Source: an uncultured virus (IMG/VR IMGVR_UViG_3300042391_000450)
Taxonomy: Duplodnaviria > Heunggongvirae > Uroviricota > Caudoviricetes
Virus record (IMG/VR): IMGVR_UViG_3300042391_000450
DNA length: 64,000 nucleotides
Direction: 5' to 3' (one strand)
In this document: positions 36,275 to 45,740 of the stretch, piece by piece
Position numbering within the stretch: position 1 is the stretch's first letter
Layout: every line of letters starts with the position of its first letter
Program-made: the position numbers and the translations under genes
The notes under the pieces: model-generated
Seen by the model: the letters and a program-made list of their open reading frames with translations, nothing else
Database searches by the model: none
Told to the model about the DNA's origin: nothing

Positions 36275-37543
36275 ATGGGCAGACCCCTAAAAATCGCTAA
36301 AGCACAAGCAGTCTTAACAATTACTGATACAGCAACAACAGGCAGTATCGTCACAGTATCAGGTGGAAATTTAACTACATCACCTACAGTAGGTATAACA
36401 GCAGGTATGCCATTCGTAGTTGCATCAAACATCAGTGGTTTGGTCGCCGGTGTGATATATTATGTTGATACCATTCTGTCAAACACTACTCTCAGTGTTT
36501 CAGAAACAGACCTAAGCGTTCAACCACGTGTGATGGCTACGCTGACTAATTCATCAGGTGGAACAGTTAAAGCATCATTTGCAGTAGTTGACGGATACTT
36601 TAACAACCCAACTGGTGGTACTGGATATCCAGCTACTAACGCAAATACTTACTCAGTAGTAGGTGGTAACACTGCAATATTTGGAAAGCAAGTATTAGCT
36701 AACGTTGCTCTTGGCGTTAACGGTACTGGTACATTGTATTCTGCTACTGATACCGCGTATGTAACTGGTATTGGTACTGACTTGGCAAACACACTAAGTG
36801 TAGGTTCTGTAATTCAAGTTGCAAGCGCAAACATTAATAGTACAACTACTGATTACACTACAATAGGTTTTGCAAACACAGTTCCTGGTTTAACAACCGT
36901 TGCTGTTGCTAACACACAAAACACAGGTAACATCATTGGTACTTCAGGTAATGCTCAGACATTGATTGCTAATGGTACAGTAAGATTTACTGCTAACTTA
37001 GGTGGTCTAGTATCTGGTGAAATTTATTTTGTTAAAGCAATTGCTAACGCATCCGCATTTACTGTTTCAACAACATTGGCTGGATCAGAAGTTGATTTGT
37101 CCAATGCTACTGGTACTCCTGACGCTCAACAGGATGTAGTTGAACTAGTTGCAAACGCTGCCGTCGCATCAACAGGAGCTTCATACATTTATGCAACTCC
37201 AGAAGCAGGCTACATTGTTCGTCAAAAAGGCAAGCAAAAGTACTTAGTACAAGGTACTTCAAGCGGATTAATAGGACAATGTTTTACTGCTAACGTTGCT
37301 AACACTGCTATGTTACCAAACACTATGACTATTACTGCTACATACGCTAACTCAAGTACAGTTAAAGTTCAAAGCTTGAGCGATCACACTGCTGAATTGT
37401 TTAGTTCAACATCTGGTCCGGTAGCTACAGGTAATATTGTTCTTGCAAATGCTGATCCAGCGTTTGGTACGTTTAATACTGCTGCTGCTGCAAATGCTAC
37501 AGACGGACAGCCTTACCCTATCGTAACTATCGGTAATGCGTAA
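36275..37543 (+). CDS. Virion structural protein
   Basis: GATAAATA at 36187; MGRPLK start; two GL..G.IY.V modules; YIVRQKG..KYLV. Confidence 0.75.
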   Translation: MGRPLKIAKAQAVLTITDTATTGSIVTVSGGNLTTSPTVGITAGMPFVVASNISGLVAGVIYYVDTILSNTTLSVSETDLSVQPRVMATLTNSSGGTVKASFAVVDGYFNNPTGGTGYPATNANTYSVVGGNTAIFGKQVLANVALGVNGTGTLYSATDTAYVTGIGTDLANTLSVGSVIQVASANINSTTTDYTTIGFANTVPGLTTVAVANTQNTGNIIGTSGNAQTLIANGTVRFTANLGGLVSGEIYFVKAIANASAFTVSTTLAGSEVDLSNATGTPDAQQDVVELVANAAVASTGASYIYATPEAGYIVRQKGKQKYLVQGTSSGLIGQCFTANVANTAMLPNTMTITATYANSSTVKVQSLSDHTAELFSSTSGPVATGNIVLANADPAFGTFNTAAAANATDGQPYPIVTIGNA

Positions 37544-37549
37544 TAAATC

Positions 37550-37858
37550 ATGAGTTCATCTACGCAGCAATTAAAACAAGCAGAAACAGAAATTGCCATA
37601 CTTCAGGTTAGATTTACCAACCTAGATGAAAAAATAGATGATCTTAAAACAGATGTAAACAGTATTCGTGAAGACATAAAAGAAAGTTCTGAAACAGCTA
37701 CCAAGTTAATAAAAGATTTTCAAGCTGACAATATTGCTTCACATAAAGAAATGTCTGGAAAAATATCTGAGTTAGAAAAGTGGAAATGGATGATCATGGG
37801 AGCCGGATTAGTTATCGGCTCTTTGGGTTCATTTGTTTTAAGTATTATATTCAGTTGA
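37550..37858 (+). CDS. Coiled-coil plus C-terminal TM protein (XhlA/holin-like)
   Basis: Heptads followed by LEKWKWMIMGAGLVIG... Confidence 0.6.
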   Translation: MSSSTQQLKQAETEIAILQVRFTNLDEKIDDLKTDVNSIREDIKESSETATKLIKDFQADNIASHKEMSGKISELEKWKWMIMGAGLVIGSLGSFVLSIIFS

Positions 37859-37863
37859 ATTAG

Positions 37864-37891
37864 AAAACGGCTCTTAGAGCCGTTTTTCTTT
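37864..37891. terminator. Bidirectional terminator
   Basis: AAAACGGCTC-TTA-GAGCCGTTTT between convergent genes. Confidence 0.8.
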
Positions 37892-38284
37892 TAACGCTTT
37901 TAATTTATCTTGTACTAAATCAAAATTTATCGTAGAAAACAATCCAGGATGTAAAGGTTTTGGATACTGATCATTGCCTACCCAAGCATAACCTATATGC
38001 TCATAGTTTAGCTCAGGTATAAATTCTTTTTCAACTTCACTATAAAAAGTATGGTATATAAAATCATTATTTACAAATTTTTGAATAGGTATAAGTTTGA
38101 AACCATTAATATCTACATTCATTTCTTCTAAACACTCACGAGTTAAACCTGTTAAAAGAGTTTCTTCTTTTTCAATACCCCCACCAGGAATACTCCAACT
38201 TGGATTTTTAGCGTCTGATCTAAGTAAGTAAAGATATCTATCAGTTGATGTACTATAAAAGAAAATTCCAGCTGCTTGTTTCAT
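37874..38284 (-). CDS. NUDIX hydrolase
   Basis: WSIPGGGIEKEE......RECLEEM Nudix box; LNYEH.GY.W, LHPG. Confidence 0.9.
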   Translation of the reverse strand: MKQAAGIFFYSTSTDRYLYLLRSDAKNPSWSIPGGGIEKEETLLTGLTRECLEEMNVDINGFKLIPIQKFVNNDFIYHTFYSEVEKEFIPELNYEHIGYAWVGNDQYPKPLHPGLFSTINFDLVQDKLKALKEKRL

Positions 38285-38286
38285 TG

Positions 38287-39657
38287 TTAGATTACTACGG
38301 ACCAGTCTCCCTGATCATACCAACCTTCTACTGACTTCATCCAAGTACCGTCTACAAATCTATACTGAACATTGGTTGTTATGTTAGTAACAAACTCAAT
38401 ATCTTCTGAGTTTTCACTATCAAATGATACTTGCCATTCTCCTGCGCTTGAGTTATATTGAATTATGTCATTAGCGTTAGCTACTAAATTTCCCCATGCA
38501 ACTGTGGTAGCATCTTCTGATCCTATAGACTCTACTATTAAATATCTTTTTCCGTTTATTGGGCCTGGCAACCCTGCATTAGGACCAGTTGATAGCGGAT
38601 TGATCACACTGTCTACTGGATTTAGTGTATTTTGTGGTAGTGTATCTGGATCTATGTTATAAATTAATAGTCTATCATCTAACGGATCAGACACAATAGT
38701 ACCAACGATATCAGTTTCCATATATGGATTTTGTAACCATATTTGTGATATACCTGGTTGGATAGCACCGTATACGTTTAATACACTTGACCAATAAAGT
38801 GAAGTATCAGGTGACGGTGGTAAATTTAAGTCAACATTAGGAGGATTAAATGGTTGATTAGCGGGAAGAAGTTGCAACGAATTACCTATTAATAATACTT
38901 TATATCCATAAGCAGTAATTTTTTGTCTAGTTCCTAATAATATATCGTCATTTTGTATATCATCAATTGCACTACCTTCATGAATAGATGCAATAATCTT
39001 TTGAATAACTCCCATCTTTTTAAGTTTTGCCGGAGCACTAATCCAAATGGGCATATAAAACTTCCAACTTAATACATCTATAGGATTTCCTGTTCCTTGA
39101 GGTATACTTCTGCTAGAAAACGTTATCCCGTCTTGATATACTACAGTTAATGAAGTCCAATCAATGTAATTGTCAGTGCTTTGAATTTCTAAAGACGGAT
39201 TAAATAATACTCCTAACTGTTCCATGATTTCTAATTTTTGTTGAGTATTAGAAGTCCATAAGTCTACCGTTAATCTAAGAGTATACGGCACCGGCATTAA
39301 TCTTTCTACAGTAAAAGCTTGTCCCTGAGTAGTTTCATATGATAGTGTTTCTTGATCATATGCTCTTTGTCTTACATTAATTTTATCTACAAACGTAGGT
39401 ACTTGTGTTCTTTTCTGATCATATTCCAAGCCATTGATATAGTAAGTAAACAGAGGAGTAGATGGTAAATTACTAGCACTGTTGTTAGCAATGATTGTAG
39501 CTGCTTGCCTACTTGAATCTCCGTACATTACCGGAACTCGTGATAATATAACATTGCCTGCCGGGTCTTTACCTTTAGTAACTTGCCAATTGGAGAAAAT
39601 TTTTCCAAATTGAATTAAAAATCTTCTAATCTGGTTATCATAATGAAAATCTGCCAA
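38287..39657 (-). CDS. gp15: Tail terminator/sheath stabiliser (gp15-like) with C-terminal extension
   Basis: FHYD.QIRR..IQF..IFS, VPVMYG, YD..R, MPVPY.L, Q.LEIMEQ...LFNP. Confidence 0.8.
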   Translation of the reverse strand: MADFHYDNQIRRFLIQFGKIFSNWQVTKGKDPAGNVILSRVPVMYGDSSRQAATIIANNSASNLPSTPLFTYYINGLEYDQKRTQVPTFVDKINVRQRAYDQETLSYETTQGQAFTVERLMPVPYTLRLTVDLWTSNTQQKLEIMEQLGVLFNPSLEIQSTDNYIDWTSLTVVYQDGITFSSRSIPQGTGNPIDVLSWKFYMPIWISAPAKLKKMGVIQKIIASIHEGSAIDDIQNDDILLGTRQKITAYGYKVLLIGNSLQLLPANQPFNPPNVDLNLPPSPDTSLYWSSVLNVYGAIQPGISQIWLQNPYMETDIVGTIVSDPLDDRLLIYNIDPDTLPQNTLNPVDSVINPLSTGPNAGLPGPINGKRYLIVESIGSEDATTVAWGNLVANANDIIQYNSSAGEWQVSFDSENSEDIEFVTNITTNVQYRFVDGTWMKSVEGWYDQGDWSVVI

Positions 39658-39660
39658 TTT

Positions 39661-41376
39661 TTATTCCTCTGGAGGTAACACATCAGGTGTTGGTTGTAAT
39701 ATAGTAGAAAGCGCCTGCGATTCAGGAACTGCTCCTTGTGTGTTATTTAGATAGATTTCTGCTTGATCATTAATAAATCCTGATAGTAACGATTTGTCAT
39801 CATATGTAAATCCGGTTTCAGTTCTTACGTTTTCAGAAATTCGTACCCATATTCTTCCGTCCCAGCGATAAAGTATCTGAGGCAAATAATCTATACGCAA
39901 GAAGTAATCTCCCACTTGCGGATTTTGCGGAAATGATATACCTGCGCCTGTAGGGAATCCGTTAGGGGCACTACCATCACCGGTTAAGTAACCACTTGTA
40001 TAGCCAAAAGTTTGAGGAGTAGCACGTACAATAAATTGAAATCTAGGATCACAATCTGCTCTAAAGTCCATTACAGAAGTTATTTCATCAGTAAAGCCCG
40101 GTTGAGTAGGATCTTGATCTGCTGTTGCATAAGTGTTGTCTGTGGTACCATAAGGACCAGTTATTACCCCCAAAGACTGTACTGATAATACTTTTGTTCC
40201 TTCAACTGAACCTGATCCTGTATCAGTTAGTTCAGGTGCTTCAACAACTACTTGTAAACTAGCTTGTACAAACTTGTCTAGTTTTTCACTAAAATCCATG
40301 TCTGCTGTCATATCCCAAATACTTTTTAATGAGTCTTTAGATATCTTGATACCAATACTCGGTGTTTTGTACTTAGGATTACGCATTGATACTACTGACG
40401 CAGTTACTGAATTAGGTGAACCATTCAAGTTAGCGATAACGCTATAAGGTGGAGCAGGCTGTCTATAGTTAGATGATAAAGCGCCGTTTTGTTGAAACGG
40501 TCCATATGTTGGAACAATATAAAGTTTACTAGTATCATAACCAGCTTTTGGTACTAATCGTTTAGCTTCTTCTAACGCAGCGTTGTTGATACTAATATTT
40601 GTATTATAGGTACTTAAAATATCTTTCAAATCTTGTGCTGTATCTAGTTCCCAGTATACTGGATCAGGTGGAAGTTTTCCTATAGGTACTTCTTGTTTTG
40701 CAATATAATTTTTATCACCATATGAAATTACATATCCTTCAGGATATACACGATCAGGTTCCCATAGCCCAAGATAATTGTCTTTATTAATTGGTTCATT
40801 AAGTATTTGTGAAAACTCTTGACTGTCAACTAGCGGCTCGCACTTTATACGCCATAAGTGAGGATACCAAGTTTGTGAAAATCCTTCGCTAGCATAATTA
40901 GAATCGGTTACTTGATAAAATCTTTTTAATGCCACTGGTATAGTTTCTTTCAATGGATTATAATCTAATAAGTGAGGTAATTCTAAAACATCACCAACCA
41001 TTAATTTTCTACCAATGATATCAATCATATCATTGTAATGTATTACTATGAATATAATATCATTGTTTAAAAACAAACCAAACTGAGACAAATCAAAATC
41101 TAAATTTTGTACGTTATAGTGTCCTCGCAGTCTATAAATATCAGGATCATATGTTCTGTCTCTGTTTTCAAGGAACAGCAAATCTTGAATGTTAGTTGGG
41201 TCTAACTTATCATATTCAGGCTGAGTATAATCAATAGACGGACCTTGATTAGTAGGACCCAAATACTTGTGGATGTAAAGGTCTGTCCCACCTACAGTTA
41301 GTTGTTCCGAAATGGTACGATCCATAAATCTGTAGTCGTTTTGTTTATTGGGCCTATATAGGCTTAATCTTGGAAT
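39661..41376 (-). CDS. gp14: Neck protein (gp14-like) with insertions; probable ATT start
   Basis: LLFLENRDR.Y, LSQFGL, GDVLELPH; frame extends 17 codons upstream of 41325 to ATT with AAGGAG SD. Confidence 0.7.
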   Translation of the reverse strand: MPRLSLYRPNKQNDYRFMDRTISEQLTVGGTDLYIHKYLGPTNQGPSIDYTQPEYDKLDPTNIQDLLFLENRDRTYDPDIYRLRGHYNVQNLDFDLSQFGLFLNNDIIFIVIHYNDMIDIIGRKLMVGDVLELPHLLDYNPLKETIPVALKRFYQVTDSNYASEGFSQTWYPHLWRIKCEPLVDSQEFSQILNEPINKDNYLGLWEPDRVYPEGYVISYGDKNYIAKQEVPIGKLPPDPVYWELDTAQDLKDILSTYNTNISINNAALEEAKRLVPKAGYDTSKLYIVPTYGPFQQNGALSSNYRQPAPPYSVIANLNGSPNSVTASVVSMRNPKYKTPSIGIKISKDSLKSIWDMTADMDFSEKLDKFVQASLQVVVEAPELTDTGSGSVEGTKVLSVQSLGVITGPYGTTDNTYATADQDPTQPGFTDEITSVMDFRADCDPRFQFIVRATPQTFGYTSGYLTGDGSAPNGFPTGAGISFPQNPQVGDYFLRIDYLPQILYRWDGRIWVRISENVRTETGFTYDDKSLLSGFINDQAEIYLNNTQGAVPESQALSTILQPTPDVLPPEE

Positions 41377-41496
41377 TTTGGATCTCCTTACACTTTATCG
41401 TATCATTATATTTATCTTCGGGTATTGACTAATGCTCAAAGATTTGTTATCATATGTATTCATGATATAAATACCCCAACAAAGAGAACATATTGT

Positions 41497-42681
41497 ATGG
41501 CTATTAGACAAAAAAACACTGCTGAAGTTCGTGATCTTCGCCCAAAAGACTTGTTTGGGCTTAAAGGGCACGGAAACGAACCTAAATCAGTTGACTACTC
41601 TACTGAACAAAAACGACTGTCTTTTATGGGTAGTGCGTTTAACTGGTATAACTACTTTTGCTCCAATAAAGAAGCAAAACAGTTTATATGTGATTATCTT
41701 AATTCAACTGGCGATACTGCTACTGCTAAAAAAGTATTCCGAACTCCCGATAACAAAGTGGCACCCACATTTGGCTGGTTAGCTAGAATGTCTTTACGCG
41801 GATTTGAGCTAACAGAAGAAGAAAAAAAGCGATTAGCTAAAGAAGTAGCTAGGCTTGTTCATATGGATGATGAAAATCCTGAAACTGAAGAAACTATAGC
41901 TGCTGCGGTTGTAGTAGAAGAAACTAACAAAAGAAACATTCAAATTATAATGCGTGAAAGAGCAAGTGATGTTTCAGGTGAACTTCAAGGAATGCTAGAC
42001 GAATACATTAGTGATGGGTGTAAAACAGGTATTGACCCTACTACAAAAGTAATTAATTATTTGTCTGAAAAAAGTATTTTGCCGCAACACACTTCTATTG
42101 TAACTCAACCATTTACTCCCATTAAAGACGAACTTATTGAAGTTCAGCAAGGTACTGATGAACAATTAGTAGAAGGTTATTCACACCTTTCAAAAATGCA
42201 GATTAAAAATATAATCAAATACATTGACATTATTACTAGTGCGGTTAACTCGTATGTTGCGCTAAAACAAACTAATAAAGTAAAACGAGCTAAAAAACCT
42301 GTTTCTGTAGAAAAGCAAGTTTCTAAACTGAAATATTTGCGTAAGTTTATTGATGAAAAAACAAAACTGAATTTGGTTAGTATTGATCCTACTAAGCTCC
42401 ATAACTCAAGTGAATGTTGGGTATACGATACTGCTAAGCGCAAACTTTACCACTTTGTTGCTGATGAAATGAGCAAATGTTTAATTGTCAAGGGAAATAC
42501 ACTTTTAGGCTTTGACACTAAAGAAAGTGAAGCAAAGATATTGCGGAAGCCAGAAGAACAGTTAAAACAAATTACGGGTAGTAAGCCAGCAGCCAGAAAG
42601 TTTTTTAAAGATATCAAAGCTGTTGCTACTACACCAAATGGCAGATTTAACGATGCTATGATCATACTAAAAGCATTTTGA
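41497..42681 (+). CDS. Hypothetical protein
   Basis: ATG 41497 after TTGACT-N17-TATCAT and TATAAATA; FNWYNY, WVYDT..RKL, LRKPEEQL, NGRFN..IILKAF. Confidence 0.8.
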   Translation: MAIRQKNTAEVRDLRPKDLFGLKGHGNEPKSVDYSTEQKRLSFMGSAFNWYNYFCSNKEAKQFICDYLNSTGDTATAKKVFRTPDNKVAPTFGWLARMSLRGFELTEEEKKRLAKEVARLVHMDDENPETEETIAAAVVVEETNKRNIQIIMRERASDVSGELQGMLDEYISDGCKTGIDPTTKVINYLSEKSILPQHTSIVTQPFTPIKDELIEVQQGTDEQLVEGYSHLSKMQIKNIIKYIDIITSAVNSYVALKQTNKVKRAKKPVSVEKQVSKLKYLRKFIDEKTKLNLVSIDPTKLHNSSECWVYDTAKRKLYHFVADEMSKCLIVKGNTLLGFDTKESEAKILRKPEEQLKQITGSKPAARKFFKDIKAVATTPNGRFNDAMIILKAF

Positions 42682-42690
42682 GGAGAACAC

Positions 42691-43119
42691 ATGAATATTG
42701 ATTTAAACAAGTACAAAGATTTTGTAGAGGTTGTAACTAGTAACCCAAGCAATCATTTTCACATTTTTCAGCAAAGGTGTGAAGAGCTAAATTCGCAAAA
42801 TAAAGAAGATGTAACTGGGCCTGCAGTAAATGTTCCGTTGCTGATTACTGCATGTTTGGGTTTAGCAGCAGAAAGCGGAGAGTTTATCGAGGTAAACAAA
42901 AAAATCATTTTTCAAGGTAAAGAATTGAGTGATGAAAACGTTTACCACATGAAACGTGAACTAGGCGATATTATTTGGTATTGGATCAATGCTTGCAGAG
43001 CATTAGGTTTAGATCCAAACGATGTGATTGCTGAAAACGTTAAAAAGCTTGAAGCAAGATATCCTGGCGGCACGTTTGATCCATTCTATTCTGAAAATAG
43101 AAAAGAGAATGATTTATAA
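42691..43119 (+). CDS. MazG-like NTP pyrophosphohydrolase
   Basis: GL.AESGEF.E..KK..FQGK, RELGDIIWY, EN..KL..RYP. Confidence 0.9.
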   Translation: MNIDLNKYKDFVEVVTSNPSNHFHIFQQRCEELNSQNKEDVTGPAVNVPLLITACLGLAAESGEFIEVNKKIIFQGKELSDENVYHMKRELGDIIWYWINACRALGLDPNDVIAENVKKLEARYPGGTFDPFYSENRKENDL

Positions 43120-43337
43120 TGCAAAAATGGGAGGATGATCTTTATCTTTTTACACCAGAAGAATTAGCAAAGATTCCTGAAGGTACAGTACTTACTTGTA
43201 TTGACATGGAAAACTATACCAAAGGAAAAGATCACTTAGACGATGATACTAGATTTGGCTGTACAGCATATGGTGTAAAAGATCCATGGAATCATCCCCT
43301 TAAAGATTTGTTTTTGATATTTAAACTTATAGAATAA
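43119..43337 (+). CDS. Hypothetical protein
   Basis: TAATG coupling; LFTPEEL..IPEGT.L.CI...D.DTRFG..AYG. Confidence 0.75.
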   Translation: MQKWEDDLYLFTPEELAKIPEGTVLTCIDMENYTKGKDHLDDDTRFGCTAYGVKDPWNHPLKDLFLIFKLIE

Positions 43338-43341
43338 TTGT

Positions 43342-43746
43342 TTATCAAGCAAGGTAAGTGTTAGCCACAATAACATCCAAGTCCCACCTCAATCCGTGTT
43401 GTGTGGGTATAGAAGCGAGTCTAAGCTTGAACTGAGTAAAATCAGTGACTCCATTCACAAGACTACCCCGAATAGGGATGCCATAAACGTCTAACCCTTG
43501 TTAGAAACGTTTCTTGTGTCTAAATGGTTGTTGTTGCCAAGAGATGGTAATTGCGATAGATACTCTTGGGCTGGTTCAAACTCCTCGGTGAATAGCGTTT
43601 GAACGTTAACAGCGAATACGGCAAACTCCCTTTATGGGTTAGTGAGACATAGACAATCCTCCACTGTAATGTTTGAATTCATCGTTGCCTAAGTACCTCA
43701 AGAATAACCCGTGGCTTGTAGATTTTATATCTACTCGCCATGCCCT
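43342..43746 (+). ncRNA. Candidate large structured non-coding RNA (family not recognised)
   Basis: About 400 nt with no credible ORF, more GC-rich than the flanks, at least 9 nested stems, candidate promoter TTGTTT-N16-TAGAAT (43308-43335). Confidence 0.65.
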
Positions 43747-43815
43747 TAGAATAATTATTTCATGTAAACTAAATGTAACCAGATAAATAGTTATAACATA
43801 AAGGAACCATGAAAA

Positions 43816-44592
43816 ATGATCCAAACAATTCCAACTAATCTTAATCTTACTCAATTAAAAGAGCAATTATTTAATTCATGTTTATTAAGATTAGGTCAAA
43901 ATATAATTGATCTTGAAGTTGATCCTGAGCACTTGGAAGTAGCATATAATTATGCTATATCTACATATAGACAACGTGCGCAGAATTCCACACAGGAAAC
44001 TTACACACTTTTTACTATAGAAAAAAATGTAGATACTTATACACTTCCCAGTGAATTTATTAATGTAAGATGCTTATACCGTAGAACAGTTGGATTAGAA
44101 ACTGGCCCCGGCGCCAGCTCATTTGATCCATTTTCAAGTGCGATATTAAATACTTACTTGCTTAATTATAACTCTGCCGGTGGCTTGGCTACTTACGATT
44201 TTTATGCTGGTTATGTTGAGTTAGCTGCTAGAATGTTTGGTGGTTACTTGACTTATACATTTGATCCTGTATCTAAGACACTTAGAATAGTTCGTGATTT
44301 TAAGGGTTCAGGTGAAAAGATCCTTATTTGGGCGGATATCCTGCGACCTGAAGCTACATTGTTACAAGACCCTTCTACTGGTACTTGGATTCAAGATTAT
44401 ACACTTGCGGTTTTAAAAACTATCATTGGTGAAGCCAGAGAAAAGTTTGCTACTATTGCTGGACCCAGTGGTGGTACATCACTTAACGGCGCAGCAATGA
44501 AAAGTGAAGGCTATGCTATGATAGAGAAATTGATTGATGAACTCAAACGATATGTTGATAATTCACAACCTCTGACATGGGTGCAAGGCTAA
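43816..44592 (+). CDS. gp13: Neck protein (gp13-like)
   Basis: LRLG..IIDLEV, Y.LP, WIQDY.LA..K..IGE..EKF..I.GP.GG..LNG; GATAAATA at 43782. Confidence 0.85.
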   Translation: MIQTIPTNLNLTQLKEQLFNSCLLRLGQNIIDLEVDPEHLEVAYNYAISTYRQRAQNSTQETYTLFTIEKNVDTYTLPSEFINVRCLYRRTVGLETGPGASSFDPFSSAILNTYLLNYNSAGGLATYDFYAGYVELAARMFGGYLTYTFDPVSKTLRIVRDFKGSGEKILIWADILRPEATLLQDPSTGTWIQDYTLAVLKTIIGEAREKFATIAGPSGGTSLNGAAMKSEGYAMIEKLIDELKRYVDNSQPLTWVQG

Positions 44593-44657
44593 TTAACCAA
44601 TTTACTTGACAATTGACTGTTCATTCTGTTATTCTATTAGAATCATAGGAGAATAAC

Positions 44658-45275
44658 ATGCCCAACAAAATTATATCTATCTCGGGTTTCATAGGCTCGG
44701 GTAAAGATACAGCAGCAGAATACTTAATCAACAATCATAATTTTACTAAACTAAGCTTTGCAGGATCGTTAAAAGATGCTATCGCAGTAGTATTTGGGTG
44801 GGATCGTGTTTTACTTGAAGGTGAAACTTTAGAGAGTAGACAATGGAGAGAACAAATTGATCCATGGTGGGCTGCTAGATTAAACATGCCCCATCTTACT
44901 CCTAGATGGATATTACAATACTGGGGTACTGAAGTTTGTAGACATGGTTTTCATAAAGATATTTGGGTAGCATCGTTAGAAAACAAAATTCTTAAATGCG
45001 AAGGTAATATCGTAATAACTGATGCTAGATTTGCTAACGAACTAAGTGTAGTAAAAAAACTAAATGGAAAATTGATTCGTATTGAACGCGGTGAACTTCC
45101 GAACTGGTATGATGATGCTGTTAGATTCAATCAAGGTACTGAAGGTTGCTTACCGCCTCGAGGCGTTCATGCTAGCGAATACAGTTCTGTAGGATTAGAG
45201 TATGATTGTTACCTAGCTAATAACGGCACTAAAGAAGATTTGTTTGCATCATTAAACTTAATAGTCAACTTGTAA
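44658..45275 (+). CDS. Deoxynucleoside monophosphate kinase (T4 gp1-like)
   Basis: G.IGSGKDT, SFA..LKD, TPR.ILQ.WGTE..R, ITD.RF.NE, H.SE. Confidence 0.92.
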   Translation: MPNKIISISGFIGSGKDTAAEYLINNHNFTKLSFAGSLKDAIAVVFGWDRVLLEGETLESRQWREQIDPWWAARLNMPHLTPRWILQYWGTEVCRHGFHKDIWVASLENKILKCEGNIVITDARFANELSVVKKLNGKLIRIERGELPNWYDDAVRFNQGTEGCLPPRGVHASEYSSVGLEYDCYLANNGTKEDLFASLNLIVNL

Positions 45276-45608
45276 ATCTCCCCTCTTCCAAGTCACTTCT
45301 TTTCTTTTGACAACTTCTACGCAGCATAAACATATACTGCGTAGATTGTTTAACTTAATATCAGTTAAATCCCCGTTGATATGGTACACTACTATTTGAG
45401 TAGCGTATACACTTCTAAATCCACATAAGTCACACATTGTTTTTTTCTTATAACCGCTTTTTTGCCAAAGAAAAGTTCTGGGTTTTTTTCTGGGCTTTTT
45501 CCTACCGCAGCTATTACATGTGCTTCTATAATGATACACATTATTTTTCTTATAATTGATAGCACAAACACATGTATTACATTTTGGACATATAGGTCTT
45601 ATATTCAT
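45258..45608 (-). CDS. Zn-ribbon / degenerate HNH protein
   Basis: Four CxxC-type pairs; YHINGD.....NNL..IC..C; AATAAATA-N5-ATG. Confidence 0.75.
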   Translation of the reverse strand: MNIRPICPKCNTCVCAINYKKNNVYHYRSTCNSCGRKKPRKKPRTFLWQKSGYKKKTMCDLCGFRSVYATQIVVYHINGDLTDIKLNNLRSICLCCVEVVKRKEVTWKRGDLQVDY

Positions 45609-45740
45609 ATAAATATTTATTCTACCTTCAAAGGCATCCAGAATTGATGTAGGTGTTAATTTTCTTTAGTATTTGATAAATAAAAGAAACGCAGTATAGG
45701 TTAGTAAACCTCAAAATATTACAACTAAAGGAAAATTATT

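Noticed and set aside
43342..43746. tmRNA, RNase P RNA or group I intron identity for the structured region
   Set aside because: No GGGG...CCACCA tRNA-like ends, no GAGGAAAGUCC, no P7 GACUA/UAGUC pair, and it does not interrupt a gene; left as unclassified
43639..43854. 71-aa minus-strand ORF
   Set aside because: Overlaps the gp13 start and late promoter, has no SD, and does not account for the base-pairing pattern
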